IMG/VR virus record: IMGVR_UViG_2703718798_000006
Source: a virus
Taxonomy: Duplodnaviria > Heunggongvirae > Uroviricota > Caudoviricetes
DNA: 8,876 nucleotides
Strand: one strand, 5' to 3'
Shown here: positions 1-6,899 of the stretch, piece by piece
Layout of the letters: every line of letters starts with the position of its first letter
How positions within the stretch are numbered: position 1 is the stretch's first letter
Program-made: the position numbers and the translations under genes
The notes under the pieces: generated by a model
What the model was told of the DNA's origin: nothing
The model's database searches: none
Seen by the model: the letters and a program-made list of their open reading frames with translations, nothing else

Positions 1-116
1 TCACTCAGCCAGGGCAGACCACCGGGGAGATTTAACACACCTTACCCCCCTTGATGATTTACTTATTTTTCAATGACTAAATCAAAAAAAGGGGAGCAAA
101 TTAACGCAAATTACAA

Positions 117-1109
117 CTAGTCAATGGACAGTTTATGGACACTATCAGCCAGCGGATTAAAGCTAATCGCATCCTGTAAAAAGTCCGGTGAAAAATGCGC
201 ATACGTCATCGTTTGTTGAATCGTGGCGTGCCCAAGGATTCGCTGTAACGTAACGATATTTCCGCCGTTCATCATGAAATGCGTGGCGAACGTGTGACGC
301 ATAACGTGAGTCGCCTGACCTTTGGGTAAATCCGGTTTCACCTCCTGAAGGATATCCCGAAAACGGATGTAATCAGCCTGGTACAATAGCCCGGTTTTTC
401 GGGTTTTTATCAACGAAAGCACCGTATCAGAAACAGGAACCGCGCGGGATTTTCCATTCTTTGTGTTAAAGAACATTACGCGGTTACCAACGATATGCTC
501 ACCACGTAAGCCAGCTGCTTCCCCCCACCTTGCGCCAGTGGAAAGACACAGAACAGCAACACGACGCGCATCCCCCTCGAGTCGTTCAAGCAGCCGATCA
601 ATCTCATCATCTGAAAGAAAGGCCATTTCTGTATTCCTGACCTTGAGCTTACGTATTCCACGCACCGGGTTTTCGTTATGGAAAACCTCCGCATCAATCA
701 GCGAGGTAAACATTGCAGACAAGGCGCACAAATCACGATTAACACTGGAGGGCATTAATCCGGCCTGTAATTTGTCTGAACGATACCCGAGCATAAACTT
801 TCGCGTCATCTCACTGGCGCGGGGGTCCCTCATCTCACGGTTTATTTTTTCCAGCCTGACCCTGTAAGTATCCCCGTAAGGCTGATTCCGGCCATCAAGC
901 ACCCACCAGGCATCTATCAGTTCGGATAACCGACGCTGATCAGCTGGCTTGGCCTGCCACGGTTTATCGTGGAAATTCTGCAAAACATACCTTTCAAACT
1001 CCTGTGCCTTTGACTTCAGGGTAAAAATCTTACGGATCCGCTTTCCTTCCGTCCCTTGCGGTCTTACATCAACCTTATAACGCCCGTCTTTGAGTTGCTT
1101 AATCGACAT
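117..1109 (-). CDS. int: Tyrosine site-specific integrase (P2/186 Int family), 330 aa from ATG at 1109
   Basis: ORF 117..1124 opens with TTG; first ATG at 1109 (MSIKQLKDGRY...) is preceded by GGAGGGG. Length ~P2 Int (337 aa). C-terminal catalytic region has H-x-x-R (VMRHTFATH) and GHATIQQTMTYAH with terminal Tyr, typical of tyrosine recombinases. Confidence 0.9.
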   Translation of the reverse strand: MSIKQLKDGRYKVDVRPQGTEGKRIRKIFTLKSKAQEFERYVLQNFHDKPWQAKPADQRRLSELIDAWWVLDGRNQPYGDTYRVRLEKINREMRDPRASEMTRKFMLGYRSDKLQAGLMPSSVNRDLCALSAMFTSLIDAEVFHNENPVRGIRKLKVRNTEMAFLSDDEIDRLLERLEGDARRVAVLCLSTGARWGEAAGLRGEHIVGNRVMFFNTKNGKSRAVPVSDTVLSLIKTRKTGLLYQADYIRFRDILQEVKPDLPKGQATHVMRHTFATHFMMNGGNIVTLQRILGHATIQQTMTYAHFSPDFLQDAISFNPLADSVHKLSID

Positions 1110-1178
1110 GATTAGCCCCTCCAACGGATGAATCAGCCGTACACTCTCTACGGGATGAAACCCGCTCGATGTACAGCG

Positions 1179-1520
1179 TTAGCCAGCATTGCGACGAGAT
1201 CGGGGTGATTTTTGGGTAATGCCGATTGAAACCTGATCGCCCTCCGACTGAATGGAGCCATCAAGAGAGAGAGCCGGGGCAACCTGCCCGGCAGCGGGAA
1301 ATGTTTTGTCGTGAAGTATCCACATAGTGTATTTTTCGAATCGCTCGACTTGGATTACTTTTTCTACAACCTCAATTCGCGCAGGTTTATATCCAGACTC
1401 ATAATTTCCTATAGTTCCTACAGAAACTCCCGTTACTTGCGAAAACTGAGATTGTGTAAGGTTTTCCGCGTTTCTGATTGCCTTTAGTTTTTTGGCGTAA
1501 TCTCTTGACATGTTCACCAT
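1179..1520 (-). CDS. Immunity repressor, P2 C-type (short HTH repressor); start ATG at 1520 (or 1511)
   Basis: ORF 1179..1661; in-frame ATGs at 1520 and 1511, SD GAGGA upstream of 1520. Sequence ...LTQSQFSQVTGVSVGTIGNYESG...FEKYTMWIL...GQVAPAL... follows the pattern I recall for P2 C (YESG, KYT-W, Q-APAL). Sits just upstream of int on the same strand, as in P2. Confidence 0.75.
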   Translation of the reverse strand: MVNMSRDYAKKLKAIRNAENLTQSQFSQVTGVSVGTIGNYESGYKPARIEVVEKVIQVERFEKYTMWILHDKTFPAAGQVAPALSLDGSIQSEGDQVSIGITQKSPRSRRNAG

Positions 1521-1534
1521 ACGATGAGTATCCT
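1505..1534 (+). promoter_or_regulatory. Putative rightward early promoter (Pe-like): -35 TTGACA (1505-1510), 18-bp spacer, -10 TATCCT (1529-1534)
   Basis: Perfect -35 hexamer and a TA...T -10 at acceptable spacing, pointing toward the cox-like gene; overlaps the repressor start, consistent with face-to-face promoter architecture in P2/186 switches. Confidence 0.5.
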
Positions 1535-1542
1535 CTATTCGA

Positions 1543-1562
1543 ACTTCACCACAGGGTGAAGT
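1543..1562. promoter_or_regulatory. Candidate operator: perfect 20-bp palindrome ACTTCACC-ACAG-GGTGAAGT
   Basis: 8-bp perfect inverted arms with 4-bp spacer, at the predicted Pe transcription start between the divergent repressor and cox-like genes. Confidence 0.4.
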
Positions 1563-1623
1563 AAACAAATCAAAACAAACCTTCATGATGCGCGACAAGC
1601 GCACCAACGCAAGAGGATAGCAA

Positions 1624-2148
1624 ATGCGGAAGTCAATTGCCGATAAAGAGTTATCTGACACACAAGCCCTTCAGGAAAACGACAGCATCACCGAATCCGT
1701 TGGCGCGGCAAACGACGATGAACACCAAGAGGAAAAGAAAAAACGCACCTACAAAAAAGGGGCAACCTTGCGACTGGATGGCCCGGTAGCCGGACTTTGC
1801 TCACTTGAAAAAGGGGCAGCCTATATCGGGTTGACAAAAGCTGCATTGCGCGTGGCGCTTCAGCGAAATCAGATGCCTGGACACAAGACCCGTTCAAACC
1901 CTGAAGATGAAAATTCGGATGGCGTGTGGTGGTTTAACGCCAGAGAGTGGGACAAGCTGGCTGACGAACTACCAGAATGCGAGCCGCCAGAATGGCACAA
2001 CTGGAAAAGCTACTGGACATACGACCGACAGAAAAGAAAGTTTTCCCCGGCAAACAAAGAAGACTGCCAGACCATCAATGGAAAGCGGGTTTACACAGGA
2101 AGAAAGTCAAAACTGGAGCAACACCAATACAGTGGAGGCAACCAGTGA
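1624..2148 (+). CDS. Cox/Apl-like excisionase or early regulator (HTH), unusually long at 174 aa
   Basis: ATG 1624 with strong SD AAGAGGA (1609-1615). Central segment LEKGAAYIGLTKAALRVALQRNQMPG...GVWWFNAREWDKL resembles the excisionase/AlpA/Cox HTH plus aromatic wing pattern. First rightward gene opposite the repressor. N-terminal ~60 aa is acidic and low-complexity. Confidence 0.5.
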   Translation: MRKSIADKELSDTQALQENDSITESVGAANDDEHQEEKKKRTYKKGATLRLDGPVAGLCSLEKGAAYIGLTKAALRVALQRNQMPGHKTRSNPEDENSDGVWWFNAREWDKLADELPECEPPEWHNWKSYWTYDRQKRKFSPANKEDCQTINGKRVYTGRKSKLEQHQYSGGNQ

Positions 2149-2169
2149 CATCAAAATAAACCGGCAACA

Positions 2170-2195
2170 GCGAAATCCCAGGAATGAGATTTCGC
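2170..2195. terminator. Perfect 8-bp hairpin (GCGAAATC / GATTTCGC, 10-nt loop) between convergent genes; possible weak or bidirectional terminator
   Basis: Lies between the cox-like stop (2148) and the minus-strand gene stop (2233). No adjacent U-tract on plus; T-rich run starts 9 nt after the hairpin on minus. Confidence 0.3.
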
Positions 2196-2232
2196 CGCAG
2201 ATGCTGTGGAAAATGGTTGTTATGCAAGCAGC

Positions 2233-2688
2233 CTACCAGGCTGATGGATGATCATCATCAATATCAAACACATTTCTGTAAAAACGAGAATGTTGCAAGG
2301 GATGAATAAGCGACCCCCAACAATCATAAATATCAGCCAGTTCGAACACATCGTATGAGAGATGTTGAGCAAACGATTCGGCACCTTCAAAAGACTCAAA
2401 CACCTCATCATACAAGTGAATGTTTTCAGGATACGAAAGTGACAAGCAAAAACCAGACGTAGATTCCGTAACCAAGAAGACAAGGTGATATTTATCATTC
2501 ACCAGTGACTGAGCACATTTTTTTACAGAGCGAAGAATCACAGGGGAACGCGCGCCAATACGAAAGAGTTCTGCATGAGCACGGGCATCAACAAAACTGT
2601 GAAACCCCTCACTTCTTGCAAGCTCACGTTCGGCAGCACGCAAAACCCAAAACCACCGCCCAGATTCGGATGTAAGGATAATTTTCAT
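2233..2688 (-). CDS. Hypothetical protein, 151 aa, antisense to the early operon
   Basis: Only long ORF across 2233..2688; plus strand has no ORF >=60 aa from 2252 to 2574. Protein-like alternating beta/alpha pattern (MKIILTSESG..., PVILRSV..., HLVFLVTE...) with acidic C-terminus. ATG at 2688 has a weak SD. Confidence 0.45.
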   Translation of the reverse strand: MKIILTSESGRWFWVLRAAERELARSEGFHSFVDARAHAELFRIGARSPVILRSVKKCAQSLVNDKYHLVFLVTESTSGFCLSLSYPENIHLYDEVFESFEGAESFAQHLSYDVFELADIYDCWGSLIHPLQHSRFYRNVFDIDDDHPSAW

Positions 2689-2952
2689 ATGAATAAAGAG
2701 AAATCTCCGGATTATTTTGTGAAACGATTACAGGATGCAACAGAGTCAATGTTGATTGCCCTGAATAATTATTCTTACGAAGAGGCCGTAACGGTACTTG
2801 AGTGGATAAAGGAAAAAATAACGGAAGACAGCATCGTCAAGATGCAGAGTATCAACATCTCCCGTGACAAAACATTTCCACTGCGAATACCGCCAAAACG
2901 ACGACTGGTTTACTCGATACCAGTCTCAATGCAGTGCAAATTGCCGAAATAG
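2689..2952 (+). CDS. Hypothetical protein, 87 aa (alternative start ATG 2575 gives 125 aa)
   Basis: ATG 2689 preceded by AAGGA (2674-2678); the ORF upstream of 2689 overlaps the minus-strand gene and encodes a proline-rich low-complexity stretch. Confidence 0.5.
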   Translation: MNKEKSPDYFVKRLQDATESMLIALNNYSYEEAVTVLEWIKEKITEDSIVKMQSINISRDKTFPLRIPPKRRLVYSIPVSMQCKLPK

Positions 2953-3104
2953 TTTATGAGAAAACATAAATACTCCTTTGTGTGGTTGGTTATCGTTACA
3001 ACAGTTCGGGCAAGAATTGCAAGGCGTAACGAAATTACTACAAAACCATGCGCCGGGCATGGCTAAAAACCCGGCACAAATTCACAGCAGCAGTAGGGAT
3101 TTTT

Positions 3105-3449
3105 ATGAAGAAACCGGGAAATTTTTCACAGCAGAATTTTCGAACAAGTGCCGAACGCCACGTTGCACGCCAGCACTTCCGCAAAAATAGTGCGACCACA
3201 ACCACTGAAATCCATGCCACACCAGACGGTCACCCGGTAAAACAAACCGGCAAGCACACCTGGGCGATTGGCGACACTGGCATCGTTATTCACAAAAGTT
3301 TTCGCAGCCCTGTTACTGGCCGATTTAATTTCACCCTGACTCGCGGGGATGATTACTTCGGACAGGACTTCACATTTTTTGAAGCCTTAAGAACGGCAGA
3401 CAGATTAATCAGCGGCCTGCGTTTTCAATATCCGGGAAGCAAGCACTGA
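3105..3449 (+). CDS. Hypothetical protein, 114 aa (ORF opens at ATG 3048)
   Basis: ATG 3105 preceded by AGGGA with 5-nt spacing; ATG 3048 has no SD. Globular-looking composition. Confidence 0.6.
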   Translation: MKKPGNFSQQNFRTSAERHVARQHFRKNSATTTTEIHATPDGHPVKQTGKHTWAIGDTGIVIHKSFRSPVTGRFNFTLTRGDDYFGQDFTFFEALRTADRLISGLRFQYPGSKH

Positions 3450-3467
3450 TAAATAAAGGATTCAGCC

Positions 3468-3710
3468 ATGATCGAAGCCTACAAAATACTTATCAATAAC
3501 GCGTTGCAACGTTATCACTTTGAACTCGCAAACCGGGGCGTAACTAAGGATGAAAGCCTTCGTAACTCACTGCGCGGCGCAATTATGGGGCTATACAACT
3601 GCGCACTGGGCAGCGATGACCGTGAAGCGCTGGAAGAATTAAAGTCGATTATGACAGAACTGTTTGAAGGTGAAATTGTCGAGCCTTACTTCACAGGGGT
3701 AGCCGCATGA
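3468..3710 (+). CDS. Hypothetical protein, 80 aa
   Basis: ATG 3468 preceded by AAGGA (3456-3460) at 7-nt spacing; stop overlaps the next start (ATGA at 3707-3710). Confidence 0.65.
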   Translation: MIEAYKILINNALQRYHFELANRGVTKDESLRNSLRGAIMGLYNCALGSDDREALEELKSIMTELFEGEIVEPYFTGVAA

Positions 3711-3832
3711 GCATATTCCTTTCATGGGTAATTCTGATTATCTCCGTGCTTATGGCAATCGGCATTATGCGAATTATCCACACACTGAAGGATATCGAAT
3801 TATTCTTTACCGGCGATAAACGCCGTAAATAA
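3707..3832 (+). CDS. Small single-TM peptide, 41 aa (MSIFLSWVILIISVLMAIGIMRIIHTLKDIELFFTGDKRRK)
   Basis: Not in the ORF track (below cutoff). ATG overlaps the upstream stop (translational coupling), GGGG 7 nt upstream; hydrophobic helix followed by a basic tail. Confidence 0.4.
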   Translation: MSIFLSWVILIISVLMAIGIMRIIHTLKDIELFFTGDKRRK

Positions 3833-3844
3833 AGCAAAAACCTT

Positions 3845-3940
3845 ATGAAGAATGTAAAAGCAATACACACCATCGCCACTGTATGGGTGATATTTCAGGT
3901 GAGTGCGCTTATCTGGTTAGCCCTGAAGATCTGGGAATAA
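3845..3940 (+). CDS. Small hydrophobic peptide, 31 aa (MKNVKAIHTIATVWVIFQVSALIWLALKIWE)
   Basis: ATG 12 nt after the previous stop; no clear SD. Single hydrophobic helix. Speculative. Confidence 0.25.
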   Translation: MKNVKAIHTIATVWVIFQVSALIWLALKIWE

Positions 3941-4046
3941 CCTGAAGCCGAAAGCAGGCGCGGAATAACACCAGAAAACACACGAGCAATTAATTAAGGC
4001 ATTCATGCCTTCGGGTTCCCTTTGTCTTTTTTTCAGGAGTCAACAA

Positions 4047-4280
4047 ATGAGAACAGCCGAATCACCCGGCAGAGAAATAACCGCCAGACCAGCTAACCAT
4101 CATGCGCATATCAGCATGGCCGCAAGAAAAGCCGAGCGTGCACATATCTGCGAATTACTGCGCGAGCTGACCGAGACAGCGAAAGAAAAACACACCTCCC
4201 CGCTGGAAACCTGTTCAGTCATTGAACGACTGATTGCAATGCTCACCAGCCAGGACGAACCGAAGGAGCCCGTACAATGA
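4047..4280 (+). CDS. Hypothetical protein, 77 aa (ORF opens at 4005)
   Basis: ATG 4047 preceded by AGGAG (4035-4039) at 7-nt spacing; the upstream ATG 4005 lies inside a hairpin with no SD. Stop overlaps the exonuclease start (ATGA). Confidence 0.55.
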   Translation: MRTAESPGREITARPANHHAHISMAARKAERAHICELLRELTETAKEKHTSPLETCSVIERLIAMLTSQDEPKEPVQ

Positions 4281-4858
4281 ACCATCTCATGATTGACACC
4301 GAAACACTGGGTAACGGACCGGACGCAGTCATATTCGCGATCGGCGCGGTGTTTTTCGACCCGTTCACCGGAAAACTGGGCAAGCAGTTTGAGAAATTCA
4401 TCGACCCGGTGGATTCAGAACGCAACGGCGGAACCGTCAGTGCAACAACCGCTGTATGGTGGGCCGGACAATCCGTGGAGGCCAGGGCCTGCCTGCGCAA
4501 CGCAGAGGGAACAGAGCTGGCAGCAGTGACCGAATTTCTGGCGTTCATTTCACGCAATATGCATGACGAAAGCCCGGGCAATTCACTGACCATATGGTGC
4601 AAGGGCGCATCCTTCGATTTCCCAATCCTGAGATCCGCCATAAAGCGAACAACCGGAGAAAAAAGTATTCCGTGGTGTTACTGGGACGAGCGCTGTATGC
4701 GTCCGCTTATCGCCATGGCTGAATCAACCGGCTGGAGAATGCCAGGCCGATCAGGAAAAGAGGCTATTGCTCACACTGCACTGGGCGATGCCATTTACCA
4801 GGCAAAGGTCGTGTCAGAAATCTGGCAGCGCTTCACAACGCCATTCCTGAACATATGA
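4277..4858 (+). CDS. DEDDh-type (DnaQ-like) 3'-5' exonuclease, 193 aa
   Basis: SD AAGGAG (4263-4268). Exo I motif MIDTETLG (Asp/Glu), central ...GASFDFPIL..., Exo III motif HTALGDAIYQ (His-x4-Asp), in the order expected for DEDDh exonucleases. Confidence 0.8.
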   Translation: MNHLMIDTETLGNGPDAVIFAIGAVFFDPFTGKLGKQFEKFIDPVDSERNGGTVSATTAVWWAGQSVEARACLRNAEGTELAAVTEFLAFISRNMHDESPGNSLTIWCKGASFDFPILRSAIKRTTGEKSIPWCYWDERCMRPLIAMAESTGWRMPGRSGKEAIAHTALGDAIYQAKVVSEIWQRFTTPFLNI

Positions 4859-4941
4859 GGTGAAGCATGGTCGCCATCCTGAATGTGTGTTGCTGCCCCC
4901 CCCTGAACGTGGAAAGAAAAGCCCGCGCATCGCTGCGTTTA

Positions 4942-4966
4942 TTCCGCAACGGTGTGCGGAATTTTT
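4942..4966 (+). terminator. Rho-independent terminator: 7-bp stem TTCCGCA/TGCGGAA, 6-nt loop, T5 tail
   Basis: Perfect hairpin immediately followed by TTTTT, in the gap between the exonuclease and dam. Confidence 0.55.
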
Positions 4967-5090
4967 CACGCATAAAGCCCCACAACTACCTGGTGATAAG
5001 AATCGGTTTTCGCTGGCGATTACTCAGCAAGAACAACGGGAAGTCATGGGATTTATTAACGCATGAAACCTATAACAAAGAGGCCGCGTT

Positions 5091-6071
5091 ATGAGCAAAG
5101 AACTGTTATCCGGCACACCGCTGAAATGGGTGGGTGGCAAAAGCCGCATCATGAACACACTGAAGGTGCATCTGCCAGAAGCTGACTGCCTGGTTGAACC
5201 GTTCGTGGGTGGCGCATCGGTATTCATGAACACCAGTTACAAACGCTACATCCTGGGTGATTCCAATGGTGCGCTGATTAATTTCTGGCGGGCAGCACGG
5301 GACAACACAGACAGTCTGATCGACGAGGCGAAAACCCTGTTCCTGAACCACAACAACAGGGGTGACTATCTCATCATTCGCGAAACCTTTAACGCAGAGA
5401 ATCATGCCTTCCTGAGTAGCAGAACGGGAATAAGCGACCGCCGTGAACTGCGACTGGCCGCCATGTTTTTGTACCTCAACCGGCACTGTTTTAATGGCCT
5501 GTACCGGGTGAACGGAAAAGGCGATTTTAACGTGCCTTTCGGCTGCTACCGCAAGCCCTATTTCCCTGAGCATGAAATCCGCGCATTTGCAGACAAGGCA
5601 AACAGCACCCGAACGCTGCTTATCCACGCAGATTTTAAGGATACGCTGAACTCTGCCAGTCACCTGTTCGGCATGGGCAACACGCTTTGCGTGTACTGCG
5701 ATCCCCCTTACCTGCAATTCAGTGGCCGGGACAATTTCACCGCCTACGGAAAACCATTCGATGAACACGAGCACGTTCGCCTGAGGGCAGCACTTGACCG
5801 CCTTTCGCAGGAAACGGGCGGCATGACCAGCATCACCATCTCCAATTCCGACACACCGGAAACCAGACGCATTTATCAGGGTTACCGGATGAACTGCATA
5901 CAGGCACCACGCAGCGTTGGCGCAAGAACCCGCGAACCAGCACCGGAAGTTATCGCCACCCTGAGACAGTGCGACGCCTGCGGTCACTATGGCGGTGGCT
6001 ACTGCCCGGACTGCGGACCGGTAACGGGAGATGCAACTTACTGCGTGATGTTTACCCCTGCCAGTACGTGA
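5091..6071 (+). CDS. dam: Dam-family N6-adenine DNA methyltransferase with C-terminal Cys4 extension, 326 aa
   Basis: SD AGAGG at 7-nt spacing. N-terminal LKWVGGK and AdoMet motif FVGGASVF (res 38-45), catalytic DPPY (res 204-207). C-terminal CDACGHYGGGYCPDCG (CxxC-x7-CxxC, nt 5970..6014) not present in canonical Dam as I recall it. GATC specificity not verifiable here. Confidence 0.9.
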   Translation: MSKELLSGTPLKWVGGKSRIMNTLKVHLPEADCLVEPFVGGASVFMNTSYKRYILGDSNGALINFWRAARDNTDSLIDEAKTLFLNHNNRGDYLIIRETFNAENHAFLSSRTGISDRRELRLAAMFLYLNRHCFNGLYRVNGKGDFNVPFGCYRKPYFPEHEIRAFADKANSTRTLLIHADFKDTLNSASHLFGMGNTLCVYCDPPYLQFSGRDNFTAYGKPFDEHEHVRLRAALDRLSQETGGMTSITISNSDTPETRRIYQGYRMNCIQAPRSVGARTREPAPEVIATLRQCDACGHYGGGYCPDCGPVTGDATYCVMFTPAST

Positions 6072-6106
6072 ATAAACAGATGAATCAGTAACACAGGAGT
6101 CAGGAA

Positions 6107-6343
6107 ATGAATAGCGAAAGAAACAAAGCACTTTTGCGGGGGTTACGTCACATCGCCCATGCACACGAGGAAACAGCCAAAGTTGCGGCTGCCGTTGGAA
6201 AACCAAAGGTCGTTATATCTTCCTCGATCTCACTGGGGATCACCATGGAAGCAATCCGGGTGATTCAGGATCAGGAAAGTGAAATCGCCGCCCTTAAAAA
6301 GCAGCTCAACGAGAAATCTGCCGGACAAAGGGGTCAGCAATGA
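6107..6343 (+). CDS. Hypothetical protein, 78 aa
   Basis: ATG 6107 preceded by AGGAG (6095-6099); stop overlaps the next start (ATGA 6340-6343). Confidence 0.6.
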   Translation: MNSERNKALLRGLRHIAHAHEETAKVAAAVGKPKVVISSSISLGITMEAIRVIQDQESEIAALKKQLNEKSAGQRGQQ

Positions 6344-6558
6344 TCCAGGAGTCAACCGTCATCCGGTTCACAGCCAACGGCCGCCAGTACGAAGTCGACG
6401 AAAGCCTGATTGACCAGGGCATGACACGCCAGGATTCACGCAATCCTGAGATGCATCACATCCGCCTTATCAACGGTTCTCACTTCTGCGCCACGAACAT
6501 GGAAGAAGTACGCGTGCTGACAGCAACACGCAACGCGGGAGGTAAAGCATGGCCGTGA
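6340..6558 (+). CDS. Hypothetical protein, 72 aa
   Basis: Translationally coupled to the upstream gene; AAGGGG upstream; 3' end overlaps the next gene by 10 nt. Confidence 0.6.
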   Translation: MIQESTVIRFTANGRQYEVDESLIDQGMTRQDSRNPEMHHIRLINGSHFCATNMEEVRVLTATRNAGGKAWP

Positions 6559-6899
6559 TTTATATCGCCGGTCCCATGACCGGATACAAAGACGACAACA
6601 GACTGGAGTTTTGCCTGGCGGACCTGAAGCTTAGGTACGCCGGAAACATTGTTCTTAATCCTGCCGTACTGCCTGACGGATTAAGCCAGCAGCAGTACAT
6701 GAGCATTTGTATTCCGATGCTCATGTGTGCCGATGCCATTTACTTACTGGATGGATGGGAAGAGTCCGCTGGCGCACGGGCTGAGTACGCAATGGCACTC
6801 AAGCTGAACATGCCGGTGTCATTCCCGGAAAATCGGGCGGCCGGCGAAACTGTCGCACAGCTGCTTGGCAAATCAAAAGCCGCACAGGCGACTGAGTAA
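6549..6899 (+). CDS. Nucleoside 2-deoxyribosyltransferase-like (DUF4406-type) protein, 116 aa
   Basis: SD GGGAGG upstream. N-terminal VIYIAGPMTG and later ...DAIYLLDGWEESAGARAEYAMA... match the motif pattern I associate with the NDT-like/DUF4406 fold. Confidence 0.65.
   Translation: MAVIYIAGPMTGYKDDNRLEFCLADLKLRYAGNIVLNPAVLPDGLSQQQYMSICIPMLMCADAIYLLDGWEESAGARAEYAMALKLNMPVSFPENRAAGETVAQLLGKSKAAQATE

Noticed and set aside
25-32. GGGAGATT near the window start, resembling the 3' end of the P2 att core as I remember it
   Set aside because: Only an 8-nt match and the remaining core positions do not match; attL is expected somewhere in 1..116 but cannot be delimited without the other prophage end or the empty site.
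463-867. Plus ORF 463..867 and minus ORF 476..697 inside the integrase gene
   Set aside because: Embedded in or antisense to the integrase coding sequence; the plus product is Ser/Arg/Pro-rich with no start signals.
1596-1605. 10-mer ACAAGCGCAC shared between the immunity switch region (1596-1605) and terminator T1 (7512-7521)
   Set aside because: Several 10-mer repeats are expected by chance in a window this size; noted but not treated as evidence of a shared regulator site.
1688-2251. ORFs 1688..1897 (-), 1907..2251 (+), 1977..2159 (+) overlapping the cox-like gene
   Set aside because: Alternative frames or antisense of the cox-like ORF with non-protein-like composition; the 174-aa frame has the strong SD and the HTH-like segment.
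2220-4641. Minus-strand ORFs 2220..2498, 3038..3220, 3691..3879, 4100..4285, 4243..4641 and plus ORFs 2978..3190, 4293..4529
   Set aside because: Each overlaps a better-supported gene with SD and translational coupling, and has hydrophobic or low-complexity shadow-like composition.
4860-5094. Two overlapping small plus ORFs (68 and 75 aa) between the exonuclease and dam
   Set aside because: They contain a canonical intrinsic terminator (4942-4966) and the C8 tract; the region reads better as intergenic regulatory sequence than as coding.
5106-6206. 366-aa minus-strand ORF
   Set aside because: Lies entirely antisense to the well-supported Dam methyltransferase gene; Ala/Arg/Val-rich with no start context. 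Typical shadow ORF.
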